IMG/VR virus record: IMGVR_UViG_3300035670_000137 | Location: 1-64,000 of that record | Origin: a virus | Reading direction: 5' to 3' (one strand) | Length of the DNA stretch: 64,000 bases | In this document: piece by piece, positions 21,278-31,390 of the stretch | Numbering within the stretch: the stretch's first letter is position 1 | How the letters are laid out: the number at the start of each line of letters is the position of its first letter | Position numbers and translations under genes: made by a program | The notes under the pieces: model-generated | The model's input: the letters and a program-made list of their open reading frames with translations, nothing else | What the model was told of the DNA's origin: nothing | Databases searched by the model: none

Positions 21278-22780
21278 TTATAATGATACTGCCCTTAATC
21301 TATTACCGACTATACCAGCCGCTATTTCTCTAATAGATTTAGATATTAAAGTTTTGGGATCTCTGGCTGCTGAGTATTGTTTTCCACCCTCTGAAAAAGT
21401 AGCATATGGATTTCGCATCCAGCTGTAAAAAGCAGTTATCATTCCTTGCCTTGACTCGCTTAAACGCTCAATTTTTGCCGATTCTGCAAGTCTGCCTGTT
21501 CTGTTTTGTAATCTAGGTTTGCCCATATTCTTTTTAATTTGCTGAGCAAGTGCCTGATTCAGCAGAGTCTGTAGATTGGCGAGACTGGATTGTTTAGGTT
21601 TTGGTTTAGGTATACTTTGCTTAGTTACTTTAGCAGTACCTGCGGTAGCTGCTACTTTTGGACCTTTTAACGGCTCTAGTTGTTTACTCTTAGGTATTTT
21701 CTTTTTAAGTACACTTCCTGGATCTATCTTACCATTTTTAATAATGGAAGCTACTCTATAGCCTATTTCTTCTTCTATAGATCTAGAAAAATGTACATTA
21801 GCTAATAGTTTTACTAGCTCTGCTTTTAGTACACCCTCTACCTGGGATCCCCATTTAATTTGATTTTCTAGGGAATCCTGTGGTACTACTATATTTATAT
21901 TTATTCCTGCACTAAGTACTGCTGCTCCAAAATCCTTAGATAGCTCAGATTCTATTAATGTACCATAAGAGTGAGTAGTCTGTAGTCTACCAATTAATGC
22001 AGATATTTCTTGTAAAGCCGAAGAGACTGTATTGGCACTACTTAGTTGAAAAAGTACACTATTAACTTCATCTGGCAGATCTATACTAGAAGCAACCCCT
22101 GTGGACTTTTCTACAAGTGCTTGTAATAGGGCTTCTGTAGCTCTCAACTGCACGTACAGGGGGGACTGCGCTTGATCTTTTAAAGGAGAATCTAATGGAT
22201 GGTGTATAACTACGTGACCTAGGTCAATACCAGCTTCTTTGGTGGTACCACGCTGCCCAGACCTAAGTTCAATAGTAGTATAGTCCGCTTTTACTCTGTC
22301 AATTAGCCCTCTAAATCTAACATTTAGGTCACTAGAGAATCTTTGGGCTTGGGCGAAATCTTTGAAAAAGACTCCATAAATTTCCCCGTCCTTATATACA
22401 GGACAAGGAAATGGTAGTAATCCAAAAGTTTCATTATTTAGGGGTGTCTTAGAATCTAAAATAATACCGCTAGGTAGTTTAATAGTACGTTGTGGTATAA
22501 ATGTACCACCTATTAAATTAATTGGATTAGCTCCCCCATACTTACTGCTTTTTACTAGATCCTTTATCTGAGACATTAAATATTCTTTAGTATCTACTGT
22601 TTTCTTATTGATCTTTATAGTATCATACAGTTTGCTAAGTAGGGGGCCTTCTAATATCTTAGTAGATATAGGTATAAAATGTGGTTTACTATCTAGTCTA
22701 GCTAGTAGAGGATTTGCTCCGCTTTTTCTAGCTTTAATTATCTTTTCTTCGATATACTTTAATAAAGTATTCGCATCCAT
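21278..22780 (-). CDS. Tail completion protein (T5 p143-like), long N-terminus
   Basis: C-terminal LQNRTGRLAES...PYATF...RDPKTLISKSIREIA. Confidence 0.7.
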   Translation of the reverse strand: MDANTLLKYIEEKIIKARKSGANPLLARLDSKPHFIPISTKILEGPLLSKLYDTIKINKKTVDTKEYLMSQIKDLVKSSKYGGANPINLIGGTFIPQRTIKLPSGIILDSKTPLNNETFGLLPFPCPVYKDGEIYGVFFKDFAQAQRFSSDLNVRFRGLIDRVKADYTTIELRSGQRGTTKEAGIDLGHVVIHHPLDSPLKDQAQSPLYVQLRATEALLQALVEKSTGVASSIDLPDEVNSVLFQLSSANTVSSALQEISALIGRLQTTHSYGTLIESELSKDFGAAVLSAGININIVVPQDSLENQIKWGSQVEGVLKAELVKLLANVHFSRSIEEEIGYRVASIIKNGKIDPGSVLKKKIPKSKQLEPLKGPKVAATAGTAKVTKQSIPKPKPKQSSLANLQTLLNQALAQQIKKNMGKPRLQNRTGRLAESAKIERLSESRQGMITAFYSWMRNPYATFSEGGKQYSAARDPKTLISKSIREIAAGIVGNRLRAVSL

Positions 22781-22781
22781 A

Positions 22782-23354
22782 TCAACTCACATTCGCTAAA
22801 TATAGGTCGAATACTCTTGCAATATGTGAAGGTAGTGTGTTCTTAGTAATATACTCAATCTGAACAGTATTGGAACCAGCGTCGCGCTGTGACTTAACTG
22901 CCATATCATTTTTCAAATAATATGTACAGAGATCCATTACTGCGATTTTTAAATCTTCAGGGATCTCTTCGAATCCAGCAGTATAAGTAACTTTGTACCC
23001 ATTAACTGCTGCAGGGAAAGATCCTTCACTATTAATTGGTACTATTACATGGTTAACTCTATCTGTAGCAAAGTCGGTAAATTCTGTAAGCGCAGTATAC
23101 GTTGCGCCGTAATCGCTTGAATACTCTACACTAGAAACTGCAACTATTGGATACTCGCCTAGTAGAAGGAAATCTCCTCCTTCATGTATTTCTTCTTTAG
23201 CATCACTAAAGTAATCAACAAATGTTCTACGGCAGTACGTTTTGCAAAGCTGACTAGCTTTTGGTATAATATTCTTAATTGCTGCATCTTGATTGGTGCT
23301 GGATATTCCGGCGTACGCTTTATATTCAGCTAATGTAAATAGATCAGTAGCCAT
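22782..23354 (-). CDS. Head completion / head-tail adaptor
   Basis: VTYTAGF..IPEDLKIA motif; position after capsid gene. Confidence 0.8.
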   Translation of the reverse strand: MATDLFTLAEYKAYAGISSTNQDAAIKNIIPKASQLCKTYCRRTFVDYFSDAKEEIHEGGDFLLLGEYPIVAVSSVEYSSDYGATYTALTEFTDFATDRVNHVIVPINSEGSFPAAVNGYKVTYTAGFEEIPEDLKIAVMDLCTYYLKNDMAVKSQRDAGSNTVQIEYITKNTLPSHIARVFDLYLANVS

Positions 23355-23438
23355 TATATCTCCTTATGAGCTTCTTGTATGAACACTATTTGTAGTGCCC
23401 ATACAAGAAGGGGGACAGTTAAGTCCCCCAATCTTAAA

Positions 23439-25358
23439 TTACGACCAACGTAATGTAGATACGCCTAGACCGTTGACTGTAGAAACCTGGGTCATACCAG
23501 TACGCATAGAGGCTACTAGAACCTTACGCTGAGTTTCGACTAGATCTTGTGTATCGAAGCGAACGCCGCGCTGATTACCAACAATGAAGTTAGCTGGAGC
23601 GATTGCAACGCCGCAGATGTTGGTAGTAGCGGTTGTAGTACCACCAGCCTTAGCACCGAATGCATCGGAAACTAGAACTGGAGTATTGCCAACCATACCA
23701 ACTTGACCAGTTAGAAGAGTAGCTGCAGAGCCAACCTTATCCATTGTCTGGAATGAAGTATCATCTAATAGATCGAAGTAAACATCGGTAGAAACAACGT
23801 AAACCATTTCAGCTGGGTCTAGGCCCCATACACCTAGATCCTTACGTAGTGAACGTAGGTTAGCGATAGAAGCAGCACCAGTATTTGTTGGGTTAACAGC
23901 AGAAGTTGCGTCGTAGATTGCTAGGCCCTTAACTGGGTCAGAACCAGAACCAGCACCTAGTAAGAATGCCTTATCGACAGCCTTAGCAACACGACGGATC
24001 ATACCATCACGGATGATTGGTAGAAGAACTAATAGAGCATCTTCCTCTTCTTCGTATGCTAGGTACTCACGGGTAGCAACCTTGTATGCGTTTAGAGTGA
24101 TTTCCTTTAGTTGATGAGTTTGAGCAGCACCAGCAGATTCAGTAGTACCGAAAGCTGTGTTAGCCATCCATGTAGCAAAACCAGCTTCTGGGTTTACTGG
24201 GATAGTCATAACGTTAGTCTGCATATTGATGTTGCGTAGTAGAGGAGCAACAACTAGGCGACGGCGAATCTCAGATTCCATGTTCATGGAAACTTCTAAT
24301 TCCCATGTAGCGGAAGGAACGTGAGCACCGGCCTTCTCGATTAGGCCATGACCGAACTTAGTAGCTTCGATGGACTTGCCCATGATCTTTGATAAGAAAA
24401 CGGCCTTTTCACGATCTGCATAAGCAGACTTCTCGCTGTTCTTATCGCCAAACTGCATCTTGCTTTGCTGGATAGCAGCTAGTTCAGCAGCCTTCTCCTT
24501 AAGAGCACCTTCTAGACCTTCTAGAGCCTTCTTTGAGGACTCAGCTTGGTCGTTTAGACGCTTCTCAACTTCAGCAAGTAGCTTCTCAGCACCTGATTCC
24601 TTAACTTCGATAGCTGACTTAACAGCAGCTTCGATTTCTGCCTTGCGAGCAGCTTCAGCAGCAATAGCGGCCTTCTCGGCAGCTTGCTTTTCTTCTAGAG
24701 CCTTAGTAGCAGCGGCAGCGGCTTCAGCAGCGGTTTTAGCTAGAAGTTGTTCTAATTCCTTTGGATCCATATTCCATTCCTTTTTTGTATTGTCAGCACT
24801 CTGTGCAGGCGGCTGAATCTCTTTAGCTTCTTCCGTCTTTGCAGTGTACTGCTTTTTAAAATTACTATATTCCTCGTCATTTTCGAATGACTTAGATAGA
24901 CTAAATATACTATCCTGGTTCGCAGGCACTGATACTACTGAAATTTCTAGAAGTTCTAGTTCTTTAATAATGAAAATGTCAGTTAGTGAATCATAAGTAG
25001 CGTCTTTAATGGCAAAGCCAACACTGAACGCCGTTAGTACACCATCTTTTACTAAATTAAATACGTCTTCAGCTGCTGCCGAAATACGTGCTTTTATCCA
25101 TAAACCTTTATCATCAACCCTATACTCTTCCATTCTACCACAAGGACTATCATGGTCATGATAGGCAAGGATAATAGGATTTTTTAAGTAGTTTTCAAGA
25201 GCTCCAGTCCACGCCGTCATTGGGATGACGTCGCCTGCTCTATCTAAAGTAGTAGTATTTGCATATCCTTCTACATAAACAGATTCGGTATCCTCGGACT
25301 TAGATACGCTCTTGCTGAATTGCTGATTAAGGTATAGTATCTTATCTTTTATTTCCAT
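23439..25358 (-). CDS. Prohead protease - major capsid protein fusion (HK97 fold)
   Basis: VEGYAN, ILAYHDH, FSVGF, EISVVSVPAN protease motifs; Ala/Glu/Lys-rich delta domain; T5-like capsid domain. Confidence 0.9.
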   Translation of the reverse strand: MEIKDKILYLNQQFSKSVSKSEDTESVYVEGYANTTTLDRAGDVIPMTAWTGALENYLKNPIILAYHDHDSPCGRMEEYRVDDKGLWIKARISAAAEDVFNLVKDGVLTAFSVGFAIKDATYDSLTDIFIIKELELLEISVVSVPANQDSIFSLSKSFENDEEYSNFKKQYTAKTEEAKEIQPPAQSADNTKKEWNMDPKELEQLLAKTAAEAAAAATKALEEKQAAEKAAIAAEAARKAEIEAAVKSAIEVKESGAEKLLAEVEKRLNDQAESSKKALEGLEGALKEKAAELAAIQQSKMQFGDKNSEKSAYADREKAVFLSKIMGKSIEATKFGHGLIEKAGAHVPSATWELEVSMNMESEIRRRLVVAPLLRNINMQTNVMTIPVNPEAGFATWMANTAFGTTESAGAAQTHQLKEITLNAYKVATREYLAYEEEEDALLVLLPIIRDGMIRRVAKAVDKAFLLGAGSGSDPVKGLAIYDATSAVNPTNTGAASIANLRSLRKDLGVWGLDPAEMVYVVSTDVYFDLLDDTSFQTMDKVGSAATLLTGQVGMVGNTPVLVSDAFGAKAGGTTTATTNICGVAIAPANFIVGNQRGVRFDTQDLVETQRKVLVASMRTGMTQVSTVNGLGVSTLRWS

Positions 25359-25367
25359 AAGACTCCT

Positions 25368-26555
25368 TTATGGTGCAACCTTATCTGGCTTTGGAGGGGC
25401 ACCACCCTCACTAGGATTAGCAGCTGATCCTGCTATATTTGCTGGCACTCTAATATCATCTTGACCCGAAATTGGAGCATATCGTAGTTCTTCTCTAGCT
25501 TCATTTGGTGTAATAACTCCACCATTTACTAATGTAGCGTGATAGGAGGCGATATCTTTCAGTTCAGGTTGTAGGGACGAGACATTAGAGGTCACAACTT
25601 CGACATCATATCCAAAGTATCTTTCTATAGCTGACGTAAACTTACGAACTACAGGTAGAACTGTCTCTAGATAGAATAATCTTAAATTAGGAGAAATATT
25701 GGCGTTGTTACCACCGTCGATCAGGACTTCTGGTACACCTAGGGCCATTAGAATCTTAGTATTATGGGTCTTGATAGAGTTATCAAAATCCATATCCTTA
25801 AAATTAGTATCTCCTATACTCTTTAATTTCATACCGCTATCCAATATCATTGGGCGGCGAGCACCGTTCTTAACTGAGTATTTCTGAGTCCATCCTTGAA
25901 TGGTTCTCTCTTTAGCCATCTGGCTAAGTGTATTTTCAGTCTCTAGAACGATGCCTGCGATAGCTCCGTTGTCAAAGAATTGATCCTGGAACTGTTGCAT
26001 CTTATAAAGAGTATTTAATGTTCTGTTAGCGGCGGCTAGTCTACTTGTTCCTCGGTATATCGAGGAGCTTGAGACATCTTTAATATGTATAATTTCATCA
26101 GGTTTAAACTTAGTAATGCCGTTATACTCATAACCCTTTACAAAAGTCTTTTCATCTGGCAGCACAACCATGTGTGCAGCTGGTAGATGGTAAAGAAAGG
26201 CTCCGTCATAGTAAATGAAGATATTACCTTCAATTATCAGATCTGTAAATAGGTGAGTTCTAAACTCTTGTGCAGACTGATACGGGTTAGGTCTAAAATT
26301 AAGTAGTGTATTTAGAGACTTTTGTCTAACTCCCTGTACTACACCCTCTGTAGTTTTATCTTTAATATCGTAATCTAAGCTAGCTGCTCCGGATACGATA
26401 AGGTTAACGCCACGACTTACTGTTTCTATTTTTTCGAATGCTTGACTGTACCCGGCTAATGAATCTGTAGCTACGTTGGTACCTTCGTTAAACATTATTA
26501 ATTCTTGTGCTGGATTCGCTTTTTCACGAAACCAGTTCATTGGATTCCAATCCAT
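25368..26555 (-). CDS. Portal protein
   Basis: HK97-type: RPNPYQS, GN.F, ALGVP, ITPNEARE. Confidence 0.93.
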   Translation of the reverse strand: MDWNPMNWFREKANPAQELIMFNEGTNVATDSLAGYSQAFEKIETVSRGVNLIVSGAASLDYDIKDKTTEGVVQGVRQKSLNTLLNFRPNPYQSAQEFRTHLFTDLIIEGNIFIYYDGAFLYHLPAAHMVVLPDEKTFVKGYEYNGITKFKPDEIIHIKDVSSSSIYRGTSRLAAANRTLNTLYKMQQFQDQFFDNGAIAGIVLETENTLSQMAKERTIQGWTQKYSVKNGARRPMILDSGMKLKSIGDTNFKDMDFDNSIKTHNTKILMALGVPEVLIDGGNNANISPNLRLFYLETVLPVVRKFTSAIERYFGYDVEVVTSNVSSLQPELKDIASYHATLVNGGVITPNEAREELRYAPISGQDDIRVPANIAGSAANPSEGGAPPKPDKVAP

Positions 26556-26563
26556 AGTATTCC

Positions 26564-26983
26564 TTAGTAGAAGGAGCTAAATAGTCCTTTAGGCTTTTCG
26601 CCTTCTAATCCCAGGGCTTTAGCTTTTTGCTTCTCTATCCACCGACACTGCTTTTCAGAACTATTTAATGGAGGAGCTTTGCCGAATATACCATGTAATT
26701 TTTGATGGTGCTTAAGGCAGAGCGTAAATACCCATTCATATATTTCCTGTCTATGGGACTCTATAAACTCATCTCTAACTGCTAGAATTCCTGCATCTGT
26801 GCTAATATCATAACCTTTTTCTTTGGCCCATTTTTCGAGTAATATTGTAAGAGATGTTGTATGATGTAACTCTAGTTCGGTTTTTGCTGAACAGATGAAG
26901 CATTCATCCTTCTTTTCGTACGCCGATTTAGCACGATCACGAACATGTTTTACAGCTACTCTTTTATTTGTATTAGCGCTCAT
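26564..26983 (-). CDS. Putative nicking HNH endonuclease (T5-like, next to portal)
   Basis: CFIC...LELHH...TLC..HH..LH; same position as in T5. Confidence 0.7.
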   Translation of the reverse strand: MSANTNKRVAVKHVRDRAKSAYEKKDECFICSAKTELELHHTTSLTILLEKWAKEKGYDISTDAGILAVRDEFIESHRQEIYEWVFTLCLKHHQKLHGIFGKAPPLNSSEKQCRWIEKQKAKALGLEGEKPKGLFSSFY

Positions 26984-27678
26984 GCAAGTATCCAACCTTT
27001 ATAGCTAGGTCTTTGTCTACGTAATACTTTTCCTAAATATGCTTTACAAATTTTATGCTCTGATGCAAATTTAGTTATATTTTCTACTTTATACACTGTA
27101 CCTTCTGGAGACATTATTTCTGGATACTCTATGCCTTTTCCCTTTGCGGAGCTTCGTATACTTTGTCTTAATATATTAGCCTTCTTTATATCGGCATAAA
27201 TTTCTGGATACTCTATTTGTAACCATTTATGTGTACGTCCAGTAGCTATATCTCTTACAGTAGATATAGAAATATTTGTTATTTCAGCTATATATTTATG
27301 AGTATGTGGATCTGTCAATAAAAGAAAACATTCTAATAACTGATCTTTTGTATACTTTAAATTACTAGACTCTAGTCCGGCTAGTCCCCCTACTGACTCG
27401 GTACCTCCAGTGGTTGAGTTAAGACCATTTATATAGGAATTATATACTTCAATAGCATTTATTTCCAAATCATTTAAATTATCTTCATTAGTTTCTTCTA
27501 TTAAGATACTAAAAGTAGGTGGCCCGAAAATATTATAAGCTTTTTGTAGCTTTTCAGATCCCTGTTGTAATCTTAGAGCATATAAATGTTCTTTGAATCT
27601 CTTTTCTATATGCTTCGATTGTCCAATATATACTTTATCGGTACCCTCAAACTGAAGGCAGTATATACCTATAGTCAC
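26980..27678 (-). CDS. GIY-YIG homing endonuclease (likely GTG start 27678), paralog of 20484-21200
   Basis: TIGIYCLxFEGTDKVYIGQS shared with paralog. Confidence 0.85.
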   Translation of the reverse strand: MTIGIYCLQFEGTDKVYIGQSKHIEKRFKEHLYALRLQQGSEKLQKAYNIFGPPTFSILIEETNEDNLNDLEINAIEVYNSYINGLNSTTGGTESVGGLAGLESSNLKYTKDQLLECFLLLTDPHTHKYIAEITNISISTVRDIATGRTHKWLQIEYPEIYADIKKANILRQSIRSSAKGKGIEYPEIMSPEGTVYKVENITKFASEHKICKAYLGKVLRRQRPSYKGWILA

Positions 27679-27841
27679 TATATTCTCCATAAAGAATTCT
27701 AGGGGCCTCTGTTATGGCAGAGGTTAACGGTTAATTAGGCCGATCCCCATTTATTTTTTCCACAAAATCTCATTTTCCATTATTGTACACCTCTAGCAAG
27801 TAAAAGTCAAGAACAAAATTTTTTATGCTACATAGAAACAA

Positions 27842-27869
27842 AAATACCCGCATAAAAGCGGGTATTTTT
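27842..27869. terminator. Bidirectional intrinsic terminator
   Basis: AAATACCCGC-ataaaa-GCGGGTATTT flanked by A/T runs. Confidence 0.7.
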
Positions 27870-27870
27870 A

Positions 27871-28407
27871 TTATATACGGTTAAACACTCTATCCCAGAA
27901 GCCACGATTGATTAACTCTGTAACCTTAGCATTACTTTCATTAAGTAAGCTTTTTGTTACCCATAACTCTTTCTCTAACTCCTGTAAAGCGGTACCATCC
28001 TTGACCCTAGCAAGCTCATCTTTTAACTTATCACGTTCAGTAGTTACATCGGACCACTGCATATAGTGCTCGAAGGTGCTAAGATCCCAAGCTGCATAAG
28101 GTACCCTATCTACTAGTTCTGTCTCTTCAATACTAAGTACATTAGGTCTAGTACTGTTAAGTATATCGTTAGACCAGTGCAGGTTAATATAGTAAGATTC
28201 TAGTATGTCTATATGGTGCTTATGACATAGACGTATAATACTAAACTGTGGCAATCCGCAGCTGTTATACGTAGCTTGTATGGCTTTTGTGTGTCGTCCG
28301 GACTCCATCTCACGTATGTGAGTCTTCCATCGGTTCTCAATGTTTTCCGATTTGCCAATGTAGTATGACCCGTCACTAAAGTCAAATCGGTATATTCCGC
28401 TAATCAT
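27871..28407 (-). CDS. GIY-YIG domain protein
   Basis: GIY...YYIGKS..IENRW..H; coiled-coil tail. Confidence 0.7.
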   Translation of the reverse strand: MISGIYRFDFSDGSYYIGKSENIENRWKTHIREMESGRHTKAIQATYNSCGLPQFSIIRLCHKHHIDILESYYINLHWSNDILNSTRPNVLSIEETELVDRVPYAAWDLSTFEHYMQWSDVTTERDKLKDELARVKDGTALQELEKELWVTKSLLNESNAKVTELINRGFWDRVFNRI

Positions 28408-29711
28408 AATGTAAATGTATATAGAGCGTATCTAATAGCGTCAGCTATGTGGGATGCGTCGTTGTGTAATGGTTTCTCGGTTATTAGGGATTCGTTAGGA
28501 TCCCACTGGTATTGGTCTAGAGCGTCTAGAACCCAGGTGCACTTGCGTAGCACTTTAAGTCGACCCTGCTGTACTACGGTTTGGCAGTATGCAATACCTT
28601 CTAGCACTTGCTTCTTAGCTTTAATTGTGGCGATATCGTATTGGTAGGCTAAATCTGCTGCAAACTGTGCAGCTGCTGAGTCGATAAATACGCTGTCTAC
28701 GCCATGGTGGTCTATTATCTCTCGCAGTTTCACGGCATGTTGAGCCGTGGTTTTCTCAGCTTCTAGATAGTCGTCCACAATACAGAAGTAATCCTCTTCG
28801 ATATTGTACGCTATTACTACGAATGCGGTTGGGTCTTTGTAGCCAGGGTCCAAGCCGCCGATGTATTCCCACTTTCCGATAGGTTGCTCGTCTAGTATAT
28901 GTTCTTCGTCTAGCGAGTAGATCTGGCCTTCGTAGCTGTTGAATGAGGCCATGTACTCCTGCTCGAATTCGGCAGCAGTCATGGTCTTTTTCGCTTCGTC
29001 CACGTCAGCCTTAGACATACGAGTATTTTCAGTCCAGTCCGCGATTAAGCTAACCCATTCAGGATACTCGTTACTATACCCACGCGCGTGAAAGCGAGAG
29101 AACCAGTTCTTTTTACCTCGAGGTGTTGAGATAAAGATAGCCTTAGATCCGGGTTTATCTAGCGTAGGACGCAAAGATACATTGAATGCAGCCTCACCAT
29201 CAGTAGATAGAGCAGCCTCGTCAAAGAGAATAAGATTGTAAGACCTACCGACACAAGAATCGACTTGATTGATAGAACCCATACGAATAGTAGACCCATT
29301 AGAGAGTTCAATTACTTTATCCTTTACGTTATCTCGTAGTACCTCTAAATCAAACGTCTGTATTAACTTACGCTGTAACTCGAAACTAATAGTACTCAAA
29401 GAATAGTTCGGCGACATAATTAGCACATTACAGTTAGGTATCAACATCACCATTTGTGCTATGATATTTGATATGTAAGTTTTGCCTAATCGTCGTGATA
29501 GAGCCGCACAGACGAACCTGTATTTAGGCGAGTTAATTGCGTTGATTAATGCAATTTGGGGTCTGTTCAGTTCTTCTAATACTGACCCTCGGCCGCTAGG
29601 CGATGGCAATAGCTCTAAATACTTCTCGATTGGTAACTTGATATATCTAACACCAACATCAAAGTCTACTAAATCATCAGCATAGACATCATCTCTGCTT
29701 ATTGTAAGCAT
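28404..29711 (-). CDS. terL: Terminase large subunit
   Basis: SRRLGKT Walker A, ILFDEAA Walker B, ISTPRG, DP..KD, DAIRY. Confidence 0.95.
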   Translation of the reverse strand: MLTISRDDVYADDLVDFDVGVRYIKLPIEKYLELLPSPSGRGSVLEELNRPQIALINAINSPKYRFVCAALSRRLGKTYISNIIAQMVMLIPNCNVLIMSPNYSLSTISFELQRKLIQTFDLEVLRDNVKDKVIELSNGSTIRMGSINQVDSCVGRSYNLILFDEAALSTDGEAAFNVSLRPTLDKPGSKAIFISTPRGKKNWFSRFHARGYSNEYPEWVSLIADWTENTRMSKADVDEAKKTMTAAEFEQEYMASFNSYEGQIYSLDEEHILDEQPIGKWEYIGGLDPGYKDPTAFVVIAYNIEEDYFCIVDDYLEAEKTTAQHAVKLREIIDHHGVDSVFIDSAAAQFAADLAYQYDIATIKAKKQVLEGIAYCQTVVQQGRLKVLRKCTWVLDALDQYQWDPNESLITEKPLHNDASHIADAIRYALYTFTL

Positions 29712-30916
29712 TTCTCAATCCTATCAAATACCACGTCCCAAGACTGAGGGTTATTAAATACGCGTATATTAGGATACCATACAGACGATCCAACCGAGGT
29801 ATTAACTGTACCCCATCTAAAGTCAGTCTCTTTATACGGTTGAATTAGCCATCCCTCTCTCCCGAGCGCACCGACCATGTGCATACTAGACGTGTCGACA
29901 CCAATAACGAGATCAAGCCCATTAATGTACTCTGCGGTTTCCTTCCACGTCCGTGGCTGTAGCCCCACAACATCCCGAGAGCCTTTAAAATCTGGTTGAA
30001 GACAATAAAGCTTCCCATACTTAGCAAACCGACTAAAGCGGCCAACAGTAGTACTACGATAAGCATCATTAGCATGAGTGGAATTACCACTAAATACAAT
30101 ACCAATGTGTTTACCAGGACCAAAATCGTGCGCACCATACTTACCTTCTAACCAATTATAATTACGTGTAACATCTGGAAAGCATTCTCCAAGGCTACAC
30201 ATAGGATAAGCTACAGTAGCATCACATTCACTAGCATCTCTAACAGTATGATATCCGGCTAACTCAAATACTTCGCCAAGATTATTATCACACTGTACAT
30301 ACACGCGTTCAAATTTTTCGGATAGCCTATCAAGGTACCTAGCAAACATTAGATTATCACCAATGCCCTGCTCCACTAGAACTACAATAGATGAACCACT
30401 AGAGACAGTATCCCAATACATGAGATTCTCTTTCATGTTCTTCATCTTGACTGGCTTAGCTTTTAAGAATCTAGCCTTATACATTTCCCAGCCATGGGCA
30501 AAATCCTCTAAATCACCACTAGTACTGGCAATTCGTAGCCAAGCGGTACTAGAGTTCCACCAGCAATCCCAAGCTTTAGGGTCTATGCGAATAGCTTTTC
30601 TATAACAATCTAACGCTGCCACATCATCTCCATACATATAGTAAGCTAGTCCAAGATTGTTTAATACTTGAACCATTATTGCATCTGGAGTTCCTAGTAA
30701 AGAGGGAGCATTTAATGCCTCCTTATAATACTTCCACATCATAGCATCTTGACCCACAGCTCGGTAGGCTACTCCAAGATTATTGCATACCTCCATGCAA
30801 GGATAAATATCGTAGGCTTTTTTAAGATATTGAATTGCTTTTTTAAAGTTGTTCTTTTCTAAATATATTACACCTTTATTGTAGATAGGTGTTACTTCTT
30901 CATGCGCTAAAATCAT
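29699..30916 (-). CDS. TPR + GT-B glycosyltransferase (GT9-like)
   Basis: TPRs (NNLGVAY, NNLGLAY); EQGIGD, LDLVIGVDTS..H..GALG, DFRW. Confidence 0.8.
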   Translation of the reverse strand: MILAHEEVTPIYNKGVIYLEKNNFKKAIQYLKKAYDIYPCMEVCNNLGVAYRAVGQDAMMWKYYKEALNAPSLLGTPDAIMVQVLNNLGLAYYMYGDDVAALDCYRKAIRIDPKAWDCWWNSSTAWLRIASTSGDLEDFAHGWEMYKARFLKAKPVKMKNMKENLMYWDTVSSGSSIVVLVEQGIGDNLMFARYLDRLSEKFERVYVQCDNNLGEVFELAGYHTVRDASECDATVAYPMCSLGECFPDVTRNYNWLEGKYGAHDFGPGKHIGIVFSGNSTHANDAYRSTTVGRFSRFAKYGKLYCLQPDFKGSRDVVGLQPRTWKETAEYINGLDLVIGVDTSSMHMVGALGREGWLIQPYKETDFRWGTVNTSVGSSVWYPNIRVFNNPQSWDVVFDRIEKCLQ

Positions 30917-31389
30917 TTTGATCCTAAAAGTTTACTTATCAATGAACCATACTTGGTTCCATCGCCACCAAACTCGTTCACTTGCATATTAACTTGCGTT
31001 TGAACCTTATTACCAGAGCGAATCTTCTCTAGCTGAATTTCACGATCTAGGATATCCATAGACATTTTGTGCGACATAGCTAGAAGATCTGCAATATCTT
31101 TAGATGAGCCTACTTCGGCCTCATCTAGTTCTTGCAACTTCTTCTGGATGATAACATCCATCACTTGTCTAAGTTTAAATCTATTATTGAACCCTAAGTC
31201 GGCAAATACAGTATTTATATATGCTCTTATTTCTTTTCTATCTAATGCATCTACAACGTAGTCTGGTGGCACTCCTAAAATATCGGCTACTTTTTGTATA
31301 TTTTGATTCTCTAGATAGGTATTTGCAACTTCTAAAAATTCTGGTGAAATTTGAAGGGCTTGTGCTGGGCTTGCGGTAGGTAAATTCAT
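30913..31389 (-). CDS. terS: Terminase small subunit (T5-like)
   Basis: ISPEFLEVANTYL...GFNNRFKL...SSKDIADLL; position. Confidence 0.8.
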   Translation of the reverse strand: MNLPTASPAQALQISPEFLEVANTYLENQNIQKVADILGVPPDYVVDALDRKEIRAYINTVFADLGFNNRFKLRQVMDVIIQKKLQELDEAEVGSSKDIADLLAMSHKMSMDILDREIQLEKIRSGNKVQTQVNMQVNEFGGDGTKYGSLISKLLGSK

Positions 31390-31390
31390 A

